30,413 nucleotides of DNA, taken from Acidimicrobiia bacterium. Its GTDB lineage: Bacteria > Actinomycetota > Acidimicrobiia > Acidimicrobiales > Ilumatobacteraceae. Location of the stretch: assembly GCA_013821025.1 (NCBI GenBank), contig JACDHN010000001.1, positions 1-30,413 of the forward strand. The letters run 5' to 3'. Under the pieces are notes generated by a model. That model saw nothing but the letters and a program-made list of their open reading frames with translations, was not told the DNA's origin and made no database searches. Numbering within the stretch: position 1 is the first letter of the stretch; the number at the start of each line of letters is the position of its first letter. This document shows positions 22,584 to 30,413 of this stretch, in pieces. The translations under genes and the position numbers were made by a program.

Positions 22584-23857
22584 GTCGCGACCGCCCCGTC
22601 CCGGAACGTGGGGCGGCCGTCGAACAGCGTGTGGCGTACGCGTCCCCGCAGCTTCACGCCCCGGTACGGCGTGTTGCGGCTGAGGCTGGCGAGCCGGGCC
22701 GGCGCCACCTCCCAGCGCTCGTCGGGGTCGAACACGACGAGGTTGGCGGCGCCACCCGGCTCGATCGGTCCGCCGTGCCGATCGCTGACGCCGGCGATCG
22801 TCGCCGGCTTCCACGACAGCGCGGCAAGCACGCGAGCCAGGGGCATGTCGAGGTGCGCCAACGCCACGCCGAGAGCGGTTTCCAGCCCCAGCATCCCTGG
22901 CGGTGCCACGTCGAGGGGCTGCTCCTTGGTCTCGGGTGAGTGCGGTGCGTGGTCGGTGGCGATGGCGTCGATCGTGCCGTCGGCCAGTCCCACTCGCAAC
23001 GCCTCGACGTCGGCCATCGTGCGTAGCGGAGGGTTCACCTTGTAGTTGCCGTCGAACGACGCCAGCAACTCGTCGGTGAGGCTCAGATGGTGAGGCGTGA
23101 CCTCGGCTGTGACAGGAAGTCCATCCGCCTTGGCCGCCCGCACCAGCTCCACGCTGCCAGCTGTAGACAGGTGCAGGAAGTGCATCGGCGTCCCGGTGAG
23201 GCGTACCAGCTCCAGGTCGCGGTGCAGCATCAACTCCTCGGCGAGAGCCGGCCAACCCGGGACACCGAGGCGGCTGCAGCACTCGCCCTCGTGCATCACG
23301 GCCCCTTCGGTGAGGCGGTCCACCTGGCAGTGCTGGGCCAGCACGATGTCGAGGCCGGCGGCGTACTCCAGTGCCCTGCGCATCAGCAGCGGATCCTGGA
23401 CGCCCGAGCCGTCGTCGGTGAACAATCGCACGCCGGCCGCCGCCAGCTCGGCGAACGGGGCCAGCTCGTGGCCTCTGCGACCGACCGTGATGCATCCCGA
23501 CGGCAGCACCTCGCAGCGGCCAGCCGCGATGGCGCGGGCAGTGACGAAGTCGACGACGGACCGGCTGTCGGCGGCAGGCTCGGTGTTGGGCATCGCCACA
23601 ACGGCCGTGTAGCCGCCAGCGGCGGCGGCCGCCGTGCCCGAAGCGATCGTCTCGGCCTGCTCCCCGCCAGGCTCGCGCAGGTGGGCGTGTAGGTCCACCA
23701 GACCCGGTGCCACGACGCACCCGCCGGCGTCGAGCACCTCGTCGCCACCGAGCCCGGCGCCGACATCGACGACGCGACCGCCCTCCACGGCGACATCGGC
23801 CATCCGCTCACCCGTGGCGTCGATCACCCGCCCGCCGCGGATCAGCGTCCTCGTCAT
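22580..23857 (-). CDS. pyrC: Dihydroorotase (type I)
   Basis: [51 protein letters not shown]; metal ligands intact. Confidence 0.97.
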   Translation of the reverse strand: MTRTLIRGGRVIDATGERMADVAVEGGRVVDVGAGLGGDEVLDAGGCVVAPGLVDLHAHLREPGGEQAETIASGTAAAAAGGYTAVVAMPNTEPAADSRSVVDFVTARAIAAGRCEVLPSGCITVGRRGHELAPFAELAAAGVRLFTDDGSGVQDPLLMRRALEYAAGLDIVLAQHCQVDRLTEGAVMHEGECCSRLGVPGWPALAEELMLHRDLELVRLTGTPMHFLHLSTAGSVELVRAAKADGLPVTAEVTPHHLSLTDELLASFDGNYKVNPPLRTMADVEALRVGLADGTIDAIATDHAPHSPETKEQPLDVAPPGMLGLETALGVALAHLDMPLARVLAALSWKPATIAGVSDRHGGPIEPGGAANLVVFDPDERWEVAPARLASLSRNTPYRGVKLRGRVRHTLFDGRPTFRDGAVAT

Positions 23858-24771
23858 GCCACGCCCCCACTGCCAAGCAGATCGAACAGCACGGCCATGC
23901 GCACGGCGACGCCGTTGGCGACCTGGTGCCCGATGACCGATCCTGGCAGCTCTGCGGGGTCGACGGTGATCTCCACACCGCGGTTCATCGGGCCGGGGTG
24001 CATCACGAGCGCCCCGTCGCTCAGCCGGGCGGCGCGTTCCGCTGTCAGCCCGAAGCGCTCCGTGTACTCGTGCAGGTTCGGCACGAGCGCCTCCGACATG
24101 CGCTCGCGCTGCATCCTCAGCAGATACAGTACGTCCACGTCGCCGATGATGTCGTCGAGACGGTCCGACGTGGCGTGCTCGGCGACCACCGGCAGCAGCG
24201 TGGCCGGTGCGACGAGCACCACATCGGCACCGAGGGCAGCGAAGATCTGGCCGACGCTCCGAGCGACGCGGCTGTGCTTGACGTCGCCGACGATGGCCAG
24301 GCGCAGCCCGTCGAAGCCGCCCGTCCGGCCGAGCTCGGTGCGCACGGTGTAGGCGTCGAGCAGCGCCTGTGTGGGGTGGGCGTGCCAGCCGTCACCGGCG
24401 TTGATCACCGCTGCTGTCGTCCAGCGGCATGCCTGCCACGGCGCGCCGCTGGAGCGGTGACGGATCACGAAGGCGTCGACCCCCATGGCCGCCACGGTCT
24501 CGACCGTGTCGCGCAGGCTCTCGCCCTTGTTCACGCTCGACTCCGACACCGTGAACGTCATGACATCGCCGGACAGGCGCCTGGTGGCGGTCTCGAAGCT
24601 CAGACGGGTGCGCGTGGAGACCTCGAAGAACAAGTTGCACACCGTGCGCCCTCGCAGCGCCGGCACCTTCGGGTTGGGACGCTGGTTGACCTCCACCATG
24701 TGGTCCGTCAGCTCCAGCAGGCGGTGGATGTCGGCCACATCCAGCTCGTCGATGGCCAAGAGGTGCTTCAC
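23854..24771 (-). CDS. pyrB: Aspartate carbamoyltransferase catalytic subunit, 305 aa
   Basis: VKHLLAIDEL, LFFEVSTRTRLSFE, KGESLRDT, INAGDGWHAHPTQALLD, LRMQRER, MHPGPMNRGVEI. Confidence 0.98.
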   Translation of the reverse strand: MKHLLAIDELDVADIHRLLELTDHMVEVNQRPNPKVPALRGRTVCNLFFEVSTRTRLSFETATRRLSGDVMTFTVSESSVNKGESLRDTVETVAAMGVDAFVIRHRSSGAPWQACRWTTAAVINAGDGWHAHPTQALLDAYTVRTELGRTGGFDGLRLAIVGDVKHSRVARSVGQIFAALGADVVLVAPATLLPVVAEHATSDRLDDIIGDVDVLYLLRMQRERMSEALVPNLHEYTERFGLTAERAARLSDGALVMHPGPMNRGVEITVDPAELPGSVIGHQVANGVAVRMAVLFDLLGSGGVA

Positions 24772-25301
24772 GAGATCGCCACGCCGGTCTCGGTGACGAC
24801 CACCACCTCGTCGGTAGACGTCGGCAGGTTCCTGCCAACGAAGTCGGGACGGATCGGGAGTTGACGATGTCCGCGGTCGACCATGACGGCGAGCTGCATC
24901 ATCTCGGGCCGCCCGTAGTCGCCGATGGCGTCGAAGGCAGCCCTCACGGTGCGGCCGGTGTACAGCACATCGTCGACGATCACGACCGTGGCGCCACCAA
25001 GGTCGAACGGGATCTCGCTGACGGCGCCAGGGGACACCGGCCGCAGCCCGATGTCGTCGCGATACAGCGACACGTCGAGCGACCCCCATGGGACGTGGGC
25101 CTCACGGTCGATGTCGCCGATGCTGGCGGCCAGCGCTTCGGCCAGCCAGACACCCCCTCGCTGCACGCCGAGCAACACCACGCCGTCGAGACCCCGGTTG
25201 CGCTCGATGATCTCGTGGGCCATGCGGGTGATCGCCCTGCGCACGTCGTCGGCGCCGAGCACTTGCTTGGCGCCGTTGGTCCCAGCGGGAACCTCGCTCA
25301 T
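24768..25301 (-). CDS. pyrR: Bifunctional pyr operon regulator / uracil phosphoribosyltransferase
   Basis: RAITRMAHEIIERN, LDVSLYRDDI, VIVDDVLYTGRTVRAA, DRGHRQLPIRPDFVG; SD GGAGGAG. Confidence 0.98.
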   Translation of the reverse strand: MSEVPAGTNGAKQVLGADDVRRAITRMAHEIIERNRGLDGVVLLGVQRGGVWLAEALAASIGDIDREAHVPWGSLDVSLYRDDIGLRPVSPGAVSEIPFDLGGATVVIVDDVLYTGRTVRAAFDAIGDYGRPEMMQLAVMVDRGHRQLPIRPDFVGRNLPTSTDEVVVVTETGVAIS

Positions 25302-25309
25302 GTACTCCT

Positions 25310-25340
25310 CCGTCTGGGCCTCACGGGACCCGCTTCACGG
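25310..25340 (-). promoter_or_regulatory. PyrR-binding RNA loop overlapping the pyrR Shine-Dalgarno
   Basis: CCGUGAAGCGGGUC-CCGUGA-GGCCCAGACGG resembles the PyrR consensus AGUCC(A/U)GNGAGGCU; the closing ACGG overlaps the SD GGAGGAG. Confidence 0.85.
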
Positions 25341-25348
25341 TCAGCCCC

Positions 25349-25354
25349 ACGCTA
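25349..25354 (-). promoter_or_regulatory. Putative -10 box (TAGCGT) of the pyr operon
   Basis: TANNNT placing +1 near 25342, immediately before the PyrR loop. Confidence 0.55.
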
Positions 25355-25388
25355 CACGTGCCTGGCGGGGTCCGAGCCGACCCGAGCG

Positions 25389-26888
25389 TTACGGCGGCGG
25401 CAGGTCGCCGGAACGCTTGTAGAGCTCCCAGTAGGCGTTCGAACCCACGAGTTCGAACGCCGCACTGATACGCGCCAGGTCGGCCGACTCCTCGTCGCTA
25501 CGGGCCACGGGTAACAGGACATACTCGACATCCTCTGCGCGATCGCCGAGCCGGGTGCCCTCCAGGCTGATGTCGGGGCCGTACAGCACGACGCGGAACG
25601 GGTTGGGGAACTGGTAGATCTTCTGCCGCCGCGCCAGATGAGGAGCGATGCTGTGGTGCACGGAGATCACCGCACCGTCGGGCACATCGTCGGCGATGTC
25701 ACCCGCAGCCACGGCACCGGGATGCGAGGGAGGCCACACGGCCAGCTCGTTCCGAGAGAACGGCAACGGGCCCCACAGCGTCGCAGTGAGCAGCGACACA
25801 CCGGCGGCCAGCGCCACCACTACGACTCGCGTACGCCCAGCCAGCGCTCCAGCGGCGTGCACCGCCCCGAGCGCCAACGCCGGCACGGCGATCATCGAGT
25901 AGTGGTACTGGATCATGTACTGGTAGGCGTACGTCGACAGCACGTTCGTGAACAGCACCAGGGCGCTGATCAGCGCCACCGACGGCAGGCGGGCAGCCAC
26001 CCAGGCGAACGGCGCGACCATCTGCCACAGGTAGAAGCCCCGACCGTCGGAGCGCAGGTGATCGACCACGTCGCCGGGCTTCGTCAGCGTTGTGCGTACC
26101 AAGCCGCCAGGACCGTCGAACGGGATGCGCCACGCGTTCCTGGTCGGCACGCCGACGAGCGTTCTCATCACGACGAGCATGGCGACGAGCATGAAGCCGA
26201 TGCTCCCAGCCATCGTCAGCAGTCCGATGCGCCGGTCGCGGCGCAACGCCACCCACACGCCGAGCGGCACGATCACGAGCGAGGCATCCTCCTTCACCAG
26301 CAGCGACAGCACGACGAACACCACGTACAGGCGCCACTTGCGCTCCAGCGCGGCATAGATGGCGGTCGCCACGAAGAAACCGAGGAAGGCGTCGGGATGG
26401 AAGTTCTCGAGGTTCGTCCAGCCGACAGCAGGATGCAAGAGATACATGGCGGCGAACGCGAGCGCGAGTGCGCCCGATTCGAGTCGCCGCCTGGCGTAGG
26501 CGAAGATCGGGATGGCGCCCGCCCCCACGAGGGCGGCCTGGGCGAACAGCAGTGCCCCTGCAGACGGCGCCACCCAGTACAGCGGCACCAGGAGCACGAG
26601 GATGAACGATGTGTGGTCGCCGAACAGATTGCGGCCCATCAGCGTCACGAACGGCGCGTCGAAGCGCGACAGCAGCCAAACGCCCTGGTCATAGAGGCCG
26701 AAGTCGTAGCTCGACGTGCCGAGCCCGTGGTGCACGTCGAGCGTCAGCGACGTGAAGTACCACGTCCAGCCGACGACGAGCACGCCGAGTGCCCACCACC
26801 ACGGGCTGACGGCGGCCACACGGTCGACGAGGCGTTGGACATGACTGGACTCGGCCGGCCGAGCGCGCTCGGTGGCCGTGACCGTCAT
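25389..26888 (-). CDS. DUF2079-family polytopic membrane protein, 499 aa
   Basis: SYDFGLYDQGVW...LFGDHTSFILVLLVPLY...LLFAQAAL...ENFHPDAF...LLVKED. ATG 26888 overlaps the nusB stop (ATGA). Confidence 0.85.
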   Translation of the reverse strand: MTVTATERARPAESSHVQRLVDRVAAVSPWWWALGVLVVGWTWYFTSLTLDVHHGLGTSSYDFGLYDQGVWLLSRFDAPFVTLMGRNLFGDHTSFILVLLVPLYWVAPSAGALLFAQAALVGAGAIPIFAYARRRLESGALALAFAAMYLLHPAVGWTNLENFHPDAFLGFFVATAIYAALERKWRLYVVFVVLSLLVKEDASLVIVPLGVWVALRRDRRIGLLTMAGSIGFMLVAMLVVMRTLVGVPTRNAWRIPFDGPGGLVRTTLTKPGDVVDHLRSDGRGFYLWQMVAPFAWVAARLPSVALISALVLFTNVLSTYAYQYMIQYHYSMIAVPALALGAVHAAGALAGRTRVVVVALAAGVSLLTATLWGPLPFSRNELAVWPPSHPGAVAAGDIADDVPDGAVISVHHSIAPHLARRQKIYQFPNPFRVVLYGPDISLEGTRLGDRAEDVEYVLLPVARSDEESADLARISAAFELVGSNAYWELYKRSGDLPPP

Positions 26889-27301
26889 CCGCTCGTGGCT
26901 TCCCGTCGCAGCTCGGTGGCCAGTGCCGCCAGCACGCCGTTGACGAAGCGGCCGCTGTCGTCGGTGGAGAACCGCTTGGCGAGCTCGACGGCCTCGTCGA
27001 TCACCACCGCCACCGGCACGTGCTGGCGTTCCATCAGCTCGAACGTGGCGAGCCGGATGATGTTCACGTCGACCACCGGCATCCGTGCCAGCGTCCACCC
27101 CTTCGCCCGTGCGGCGATCGCCGTGTCGATCGCCGCTGCGTGCTCTGCCACACCCGAGACCAGCGCCGCAGTGAGCTCGTCGGGCTCGATCAGCTGCAGG
27201 GCGAGGGCGTCGATGGGGCTGATGCCCTTGGCGTCGGCCTCGTACAGCAGGTACAGCGCCCGTTCGCGAGCGTCAGACCTGGGATCTGGGCGGCGGTCCA
27301 T
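26885..27301 (-). CDS. nusB: Transcription antitermination factor NusB
   Basis: RSDARERALYLLYEAD...WTLARMPVVDVNIIRLATFEL...VIDEAVELAKRFSTDDSGRFVNGVL. Confidence 0.98.
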   Translation of the reverse strand: MDRRPDPRSDARERALYLLYEADAKGISPIDALALQLIEPDELTAALVSGVAEHAAAIDTAIAARAKGWTLARMPVVDVNIIRLATFELMERQHVPVAVVIDEAVELAKRFSTDDSGRFVNGVLAALATELRREATSG

Positions 27302-27864
27302 CAGACCCGCGTCATGTAGTCACCGGTGCGGGTGTCGACCCGAACGCGGTCGCCGATCTCGACGAACAGGGGAACCTGCACGACCTTGCCCGTCGAGAGC
27401 GTCGCCGGCTTGCGGGCCCCCGACACGCGGTCACCTTGGAGACCTGGGTCAGTATCGGCGACCTCCAGTTCTACCGAGGGCGGGATGTCGACGCCGATGA
27501 TCTCGTCGCCATGCACGGCGATCTGGGCCACCATCTGCTCGACCATGTAGTCGGCAGCGCTGCCGAGCACCGGCGCCGGCACGTTCAACTGCTCGTAGGT
27601 CTGGATGTTCATGAACACGTAGTCGCTGCCGTCGCGATACAGCAGCTGCATGTCACGGCGGTCGACGATGGCCTGCTCGACACGGATCCCGGCGTTGAAC
27701 GTGCGCTCCACCACCGACCCGTTGCGCACGTTGCGCAGCTTCGTGCGCACGAACGCGCCACCCTTGCCCGGCTTCACGTGCTGGAACCCGATCACTTGGA
27801 ACAGCCCGTTGTCGAGCTGCAACGTGATCCCGTTCTTCAGGTCGTTGGTCGTGATGGCAGGCAC
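27301..27864 (-). CDS. efp: Elongation factor P
   Basis: FQHVKPGKGGAFVRTKLRN...DTDPGLQGDRVSGARKPATLSTG..VQVPLFVEIGDRVRVDTRTGDYMTRV. Confidence 0.99.
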   Translation of the reverse strand: MPAITTNDLKNGITLQLDNGLFQVIGFQHVKPGKGGAFVRTKLRNVRNGSVVERTFNAGIRVEQAIVDRRDMQLLYRDGSDYVFMNIQTYEQLNVPAPVLGSAADYMVEQMVAQIAVHGDEIIGVDIPPSVELEVADTDPGLQGDRVSGARKPATLSTGKVVQVPLFVEIGDRVRVDTRTGDYMTRV

Positions 27865-28967
27865 GGTGAATCCTTCGGGAAGGCGGTGAGCGAACGGTGA
27901 CCGTCGGCGGTGATGGTCACCAGATCCTCGATCCGGACGCCACCGGATCCCTCACGATAGACCCCAGGTTCCACGGTCACGACCTCGCCCTCGGCCAGTT
28001 CGGTGTCATCGATCCACCTCAGGAACGGGTCCTCATGGATGTCGAGCCCGACGCCGTGGCCCGTTCCGTGCACGAACCAGTCACCGAGCCCCCGCTCGTC
28101 GAGCAGCGACCGGCAGGCACCGTCTACCGCAACGGACGACGCACCAGCGCGTACGGCGGCCAACCCGGCGAGCTGGGCGGCCAGCACGGCCTCGTAGCGG
28201 TGCTGTTGCTCCGGCGACGGATCCCCGATGACGAACGTTCGCGTCATGTCGGAGTGGTAGCCATCCACGAGGGCGCCGACGTCGATCACGACGTTGTCAC
28301 CTTCGACGATGCGGCGCCGGTTGGGCCGGTGGTGGGGACGGGCTGACTGCTCAGGACCGCTGCCGACGATCGTGTCGTAGCTCGGTCCGTCGGCCCCGCA
28401 GCGCCGCATGCGGTACTCCAGCTCGTCACGCACGTCGGCCTCGGTTGGCTCGTCGGTCAGCATCGGCGCAACGTCGGCCAGCGCCGTCTCGGCGATCTCG
28501 GCTGCCCGCTGCATGCGAGCGAGCTCCGCCGCATCCTTGCGGCGCCGCGCTGTCCGCAGCAGATTCGGTTCTGGTTGCAGGGCGATCTCATCCTCCAGTG
28601 CCGACCACTCGGCGTGGCTCAGGTGCTGCGCCTGGGCGCCGATGCTCGTGTGGCCGGCCGTCAACTGGACAAGACGGGAACGGATCTCGCCGATCGTCCG
28701 CTCGACGACTACGTCACCCTCTGCGGACGTGGCTGTGAGCTGGTCAACGGCCTGGTCCCCGTATCGCCCGTCGGTCACGAGGGTCAACGTGTCGGAGGTC
28801 AGTACCACCCAGCCGTTGGAGCCACCGAATCCGGTCATCCAGCGCACGTCGCTGAGGTTGCTGACCAGCAGCGCATCGAGCCCGGCGGCCGCCATGGTGT
28901 GGCGCACCGTGGCAGCGCGAGGACGAACCTCGATCGGCGGCAGTTCGGTGACGTCGACCGGTCTCAT
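27837..28967 (-). CDS. Xaa-Pro aminopeptidase (M24B, PepP/PepQ-like), 376 aa
   Basis: Creatinase N-domain (NLSDVRWMTGFGGSNG) and M24 metal ligands DVGA..DGYHSDMTRT, HGTGHGVGLDIHE, TVEPGVY, GVRIED. ATGA overlap with aroQ. Confidence 0.95.
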   Translation of the reverse strand: MRPVDVTELPPIEVRPRAATVRHTMAAAGLDALLVSNLSDVRWMTGFGGSNGWVVLTSDTLTLVTDGRYGDQAVDQLTATSAEGDVVVERTIGEIRSRLVQLTAGHTSIGAQAQHLSHAEWSALEDEIALQPEPNLLRTARRRKDAAELARMQRAAEIAETALADVAPMLTDEPTEADVRDELEYRMRRCGADGPSYDTIVGSGPEQSARPHHRPNRRRIVEGDNVVIDVGALVDGYHSDMTRTFVIGDPSPEQQHRYEAVLAAQLAGLAAVRAGASSVAVDGACRSLLDERGLGDWFVHGTGHGVGLDIHEDPFLRWIDDTELAEGEVVTVEPGVYREGSGGVRIEDLVTITADGHRSLTAFPKDSPCLPSRPTT

Positions 28968-29431
28968 TGCTGCGGCACGTCCCCGCCGTGGCGGGCCGCT
29001 AGCAGCTCGGCCACGGCGATGACAGCGAGCTCGTACCCGAGCATGCCAAGACCCATGATCGAGCCGTCGGCCACCGGCGCCACCACGCTGGTGTGGCGCC
29101 ACGGCTCGCGGGCATTGGGGTTGGAGATGTGCACCTCGATGATCACGCCGTCGAAAGCGGCGAGCGCGTCGTGCAGCGCCCAGGCGTAGTGCGTGAACGC
29201 CCCGGGGTTGAAGATGATCGCCGCGCAGCGGACCCTCGCCCCTGCGATGGCGTCGAGCAGCTCCCCCTCGTAGTTGGACTGACGCGCCTCCACATCGAGA
29301 CCCCGCTCACCGGCCGCCTTCACCACCACGTCGACGTACTCGTCGAGCGTCGCCGACCCGTAGACGGCGGGCTCCCGCTCGCCGAGCAGATTGAGGTTCG
29401 GGCCGTGTAACAACAACACCGTGGCACTCAC
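28964..29431 (-). CDS. aroQ: Type II 3-dehydroquinate dehydratase, 155 aa
   Basis: LHGPNLNLLGEREPAVYG, QSNYEGELLD, NPGAFTHY, EVHISNPNAREPWRHTS. Confidence 0.97.
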   Translation of the reverse strand: MSATVLLLHGPNLNLLGEREPAVYGSATLDEYVDVVVKAAGERGLDVEARQSNYEGELLDAIAGARVRCAAIIFNPGAFTHYAWALHDALAAFDGVIIEVHISNPNAREPWRHTSVVAPVADGSIMGLGMLGYELAVIAVAELLAARHGGDVPQQ

Positions 29432-29438
29432 GACCCCG

Positions 29439-29444
29439 ACGGTA
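29439..29444 (-). promoter_or_regulatory. Putative -10 box (TACCGT) for a leaderless aroQ transcript
   Basis: TANNNT 7 nt upstream of GTG 29431. Confidence 0.55.
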
Positions 29445-29494
29445 CGCCAGATTCTCGGCCATCCGACGACGGTCGTTGGGCTAGACACGGGTGG

Positions 29495-30413
29495 GTGGAT
29501 ACGACGATCGAGTTGAGGAGCGACAACGCGGCGGGTGTGGCGCCGGAGATCCTCGCTGCGGTGGCGGCGGCCGGCGAGGGTTCTGCGCTGGCCTACGGCG
29601 GCGACGAGTGGACGGCCCGGCTCAGCGAGCGGGTCGCCGAGGTGTTCGAGCATCCTGATGCCAGGGTGTTCCCGGTCATCAGCGGGACCGCGGCCAACGC
29701 CATCGGGTTGTCGGCGATGTGCCCGCCGTGGGGGTCGGTGCTGTGTCACGACACGGCCCACGTGCTGCGCAACGAGTGCGGGGCCACGTCGATGTTCGCC
29801 GGCGGAGCCGTGATGCACGGCCTGACGGGCGACTCGTACAAGCTGGCGCCCGAGTCGGTGCAGATCGCTTTCGAGGCGACCCGCTGGGGTGATCCCCATC
29901 ACTCCCAGCCGGCGGTGCTGTCGCTCACATGCCCGACCGATCACGGCACGGTCTACACCCCCTCCGAGGTCGCTGCCCTGGTCGACGTGGCCGGCGAGCA
30001 TGGCCTGAGGGTGCACATGGACGGCGCTCGCATCGCCAACGCCCTCGCTGGCGTCGGATGCACGCCGGCCGAGCTCACGTGGCGTGCCGGAGTCGATGTC
30101 GTGTCGCTCGGTGCCACGAAGAACGGTGCGCTGAGCACCGACGCCATCGTGTGCTTCGACACAGACATCGCCGAGCAGCTCGTGTATCGCGTGAAGCGTG
30201 CCGGCCATGTGGCGTCGAAGATGCGTTTCCAGTCGGCCCAGCTCGACGCCTATCTCACCGACGGGCTCTGGCTCCGCCTGGCCGGGACGGCCAACGCGGC
30301 CATGACGGTCCTGGCCGCCGGGCTGCGCCAGCTCGGCGTCGAGCTGCTGAACGAGCCGCAGGCGAACATGGTGTTCGCACGCTTCCCGGCACCGGGCGTG
30401 CGCCGACTGGAGG
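29495..30413 (+). CDS. ltaE: Low-specificity L-threonine aldolase (PLP-dependent; partial, runs off the window end)
   Basis: Manual translation from GTG 29495: ELRSDNAAGVAPEIL...AYGGDEWT...SGTAANAIGL...HVLRNECGA...VHMDGARIANA...VSLGATKNG (PLP lysine). Absent from the ORF track because there is no stop in the window. Confidence 0.93.
   Translation, partial: MDTTIELRSDNAAGVAPEILAAVAAAGEGSALAYGGDEWTARLSERVAEVFEHPDARVFPVISGTAANAIGLSAMCPPWGSVLCHDTAHVLRNECGATSMFAGGAVMHGLTGDSYKLAPESVQIAFEATRWGDPHHSQPAVLSLTCPTDHGTVYTPSEVAALVDVAGEHGLRVHMDGARIANALAGVGCTPAELTWRAGVDVVSLGATKNGALSTDAIVCFDTDIAEQLVYRVKRAGHVASKMRFQSAQLDAYLTDGLWLRLAGTANAAMTVLAAGLRQLGVELLNEPQANMVFARFPAPGVRRLE

Noticed and set aside
22584-23720. 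745-aa ORF suggesting a CarA fusion
   Set aside because: The upstream part is an alternative frame of pyrC; CarA starts at ATG 22583.
29432-30208. 414-aa ORF suggesting an AroQ fusion
   Set aside because: The extension is antisense to the threonine aldolase; AroQ starts at GTG 29431.

Overview
High-GC actinobacterial chromosome segment; the gene set and order (mIHF, DUF1844, rpoZ) suggest class Acidimicrobiia, which is an inference. It is mostly conserved housekeeping genes on the minus strand: aroQ-pepP-efp-nusB-DUF2079, pyrR-pyrB-pyrC-carA-carB-pyrD, mIHF-gmk-rpoZ-coaBC-metK-priA, def-fmt-mog-hisG-(hidden cold-shock-like ORF)-ATL, infC-rpmI-rplT-trmH and pheS (partial). Plus-strand genes are hppA-dedA, DUF1844, an MTS methyltransferase and a partial threonine aldolase. 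An LLM/SnoaL/hppA/dedA block separates trmH from pheS. I saw no mobile elements, CRISPR arrays, rRNA or tRNA genes, and no large new multi-gene system. The most interesting signals concern gene expression: (i) a 76-codon degenerate cold-shock-domain ORF missed by the ORF track; (ii) two genes whose most plausible start is a CTG overlapping the upstream stop (CTGA), plus an ATA start for infC; (iii) a structured ~230-nt infC leader resembling an L20 r-leader; (iv) a PyrR loop overlapping the pyrR Shine-Dalgarno; (v) a possibly switchable hppA leader; (vi) eight TANNNT boxes placed for leaderless transcription; (vii) a PriA with degenerate helicase motifs, an EF-P with PGKGG, and a pyr cluster lacking pyrK and pyrF. 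All motif and structure calls were made by eye; no searches or folding programs were run.
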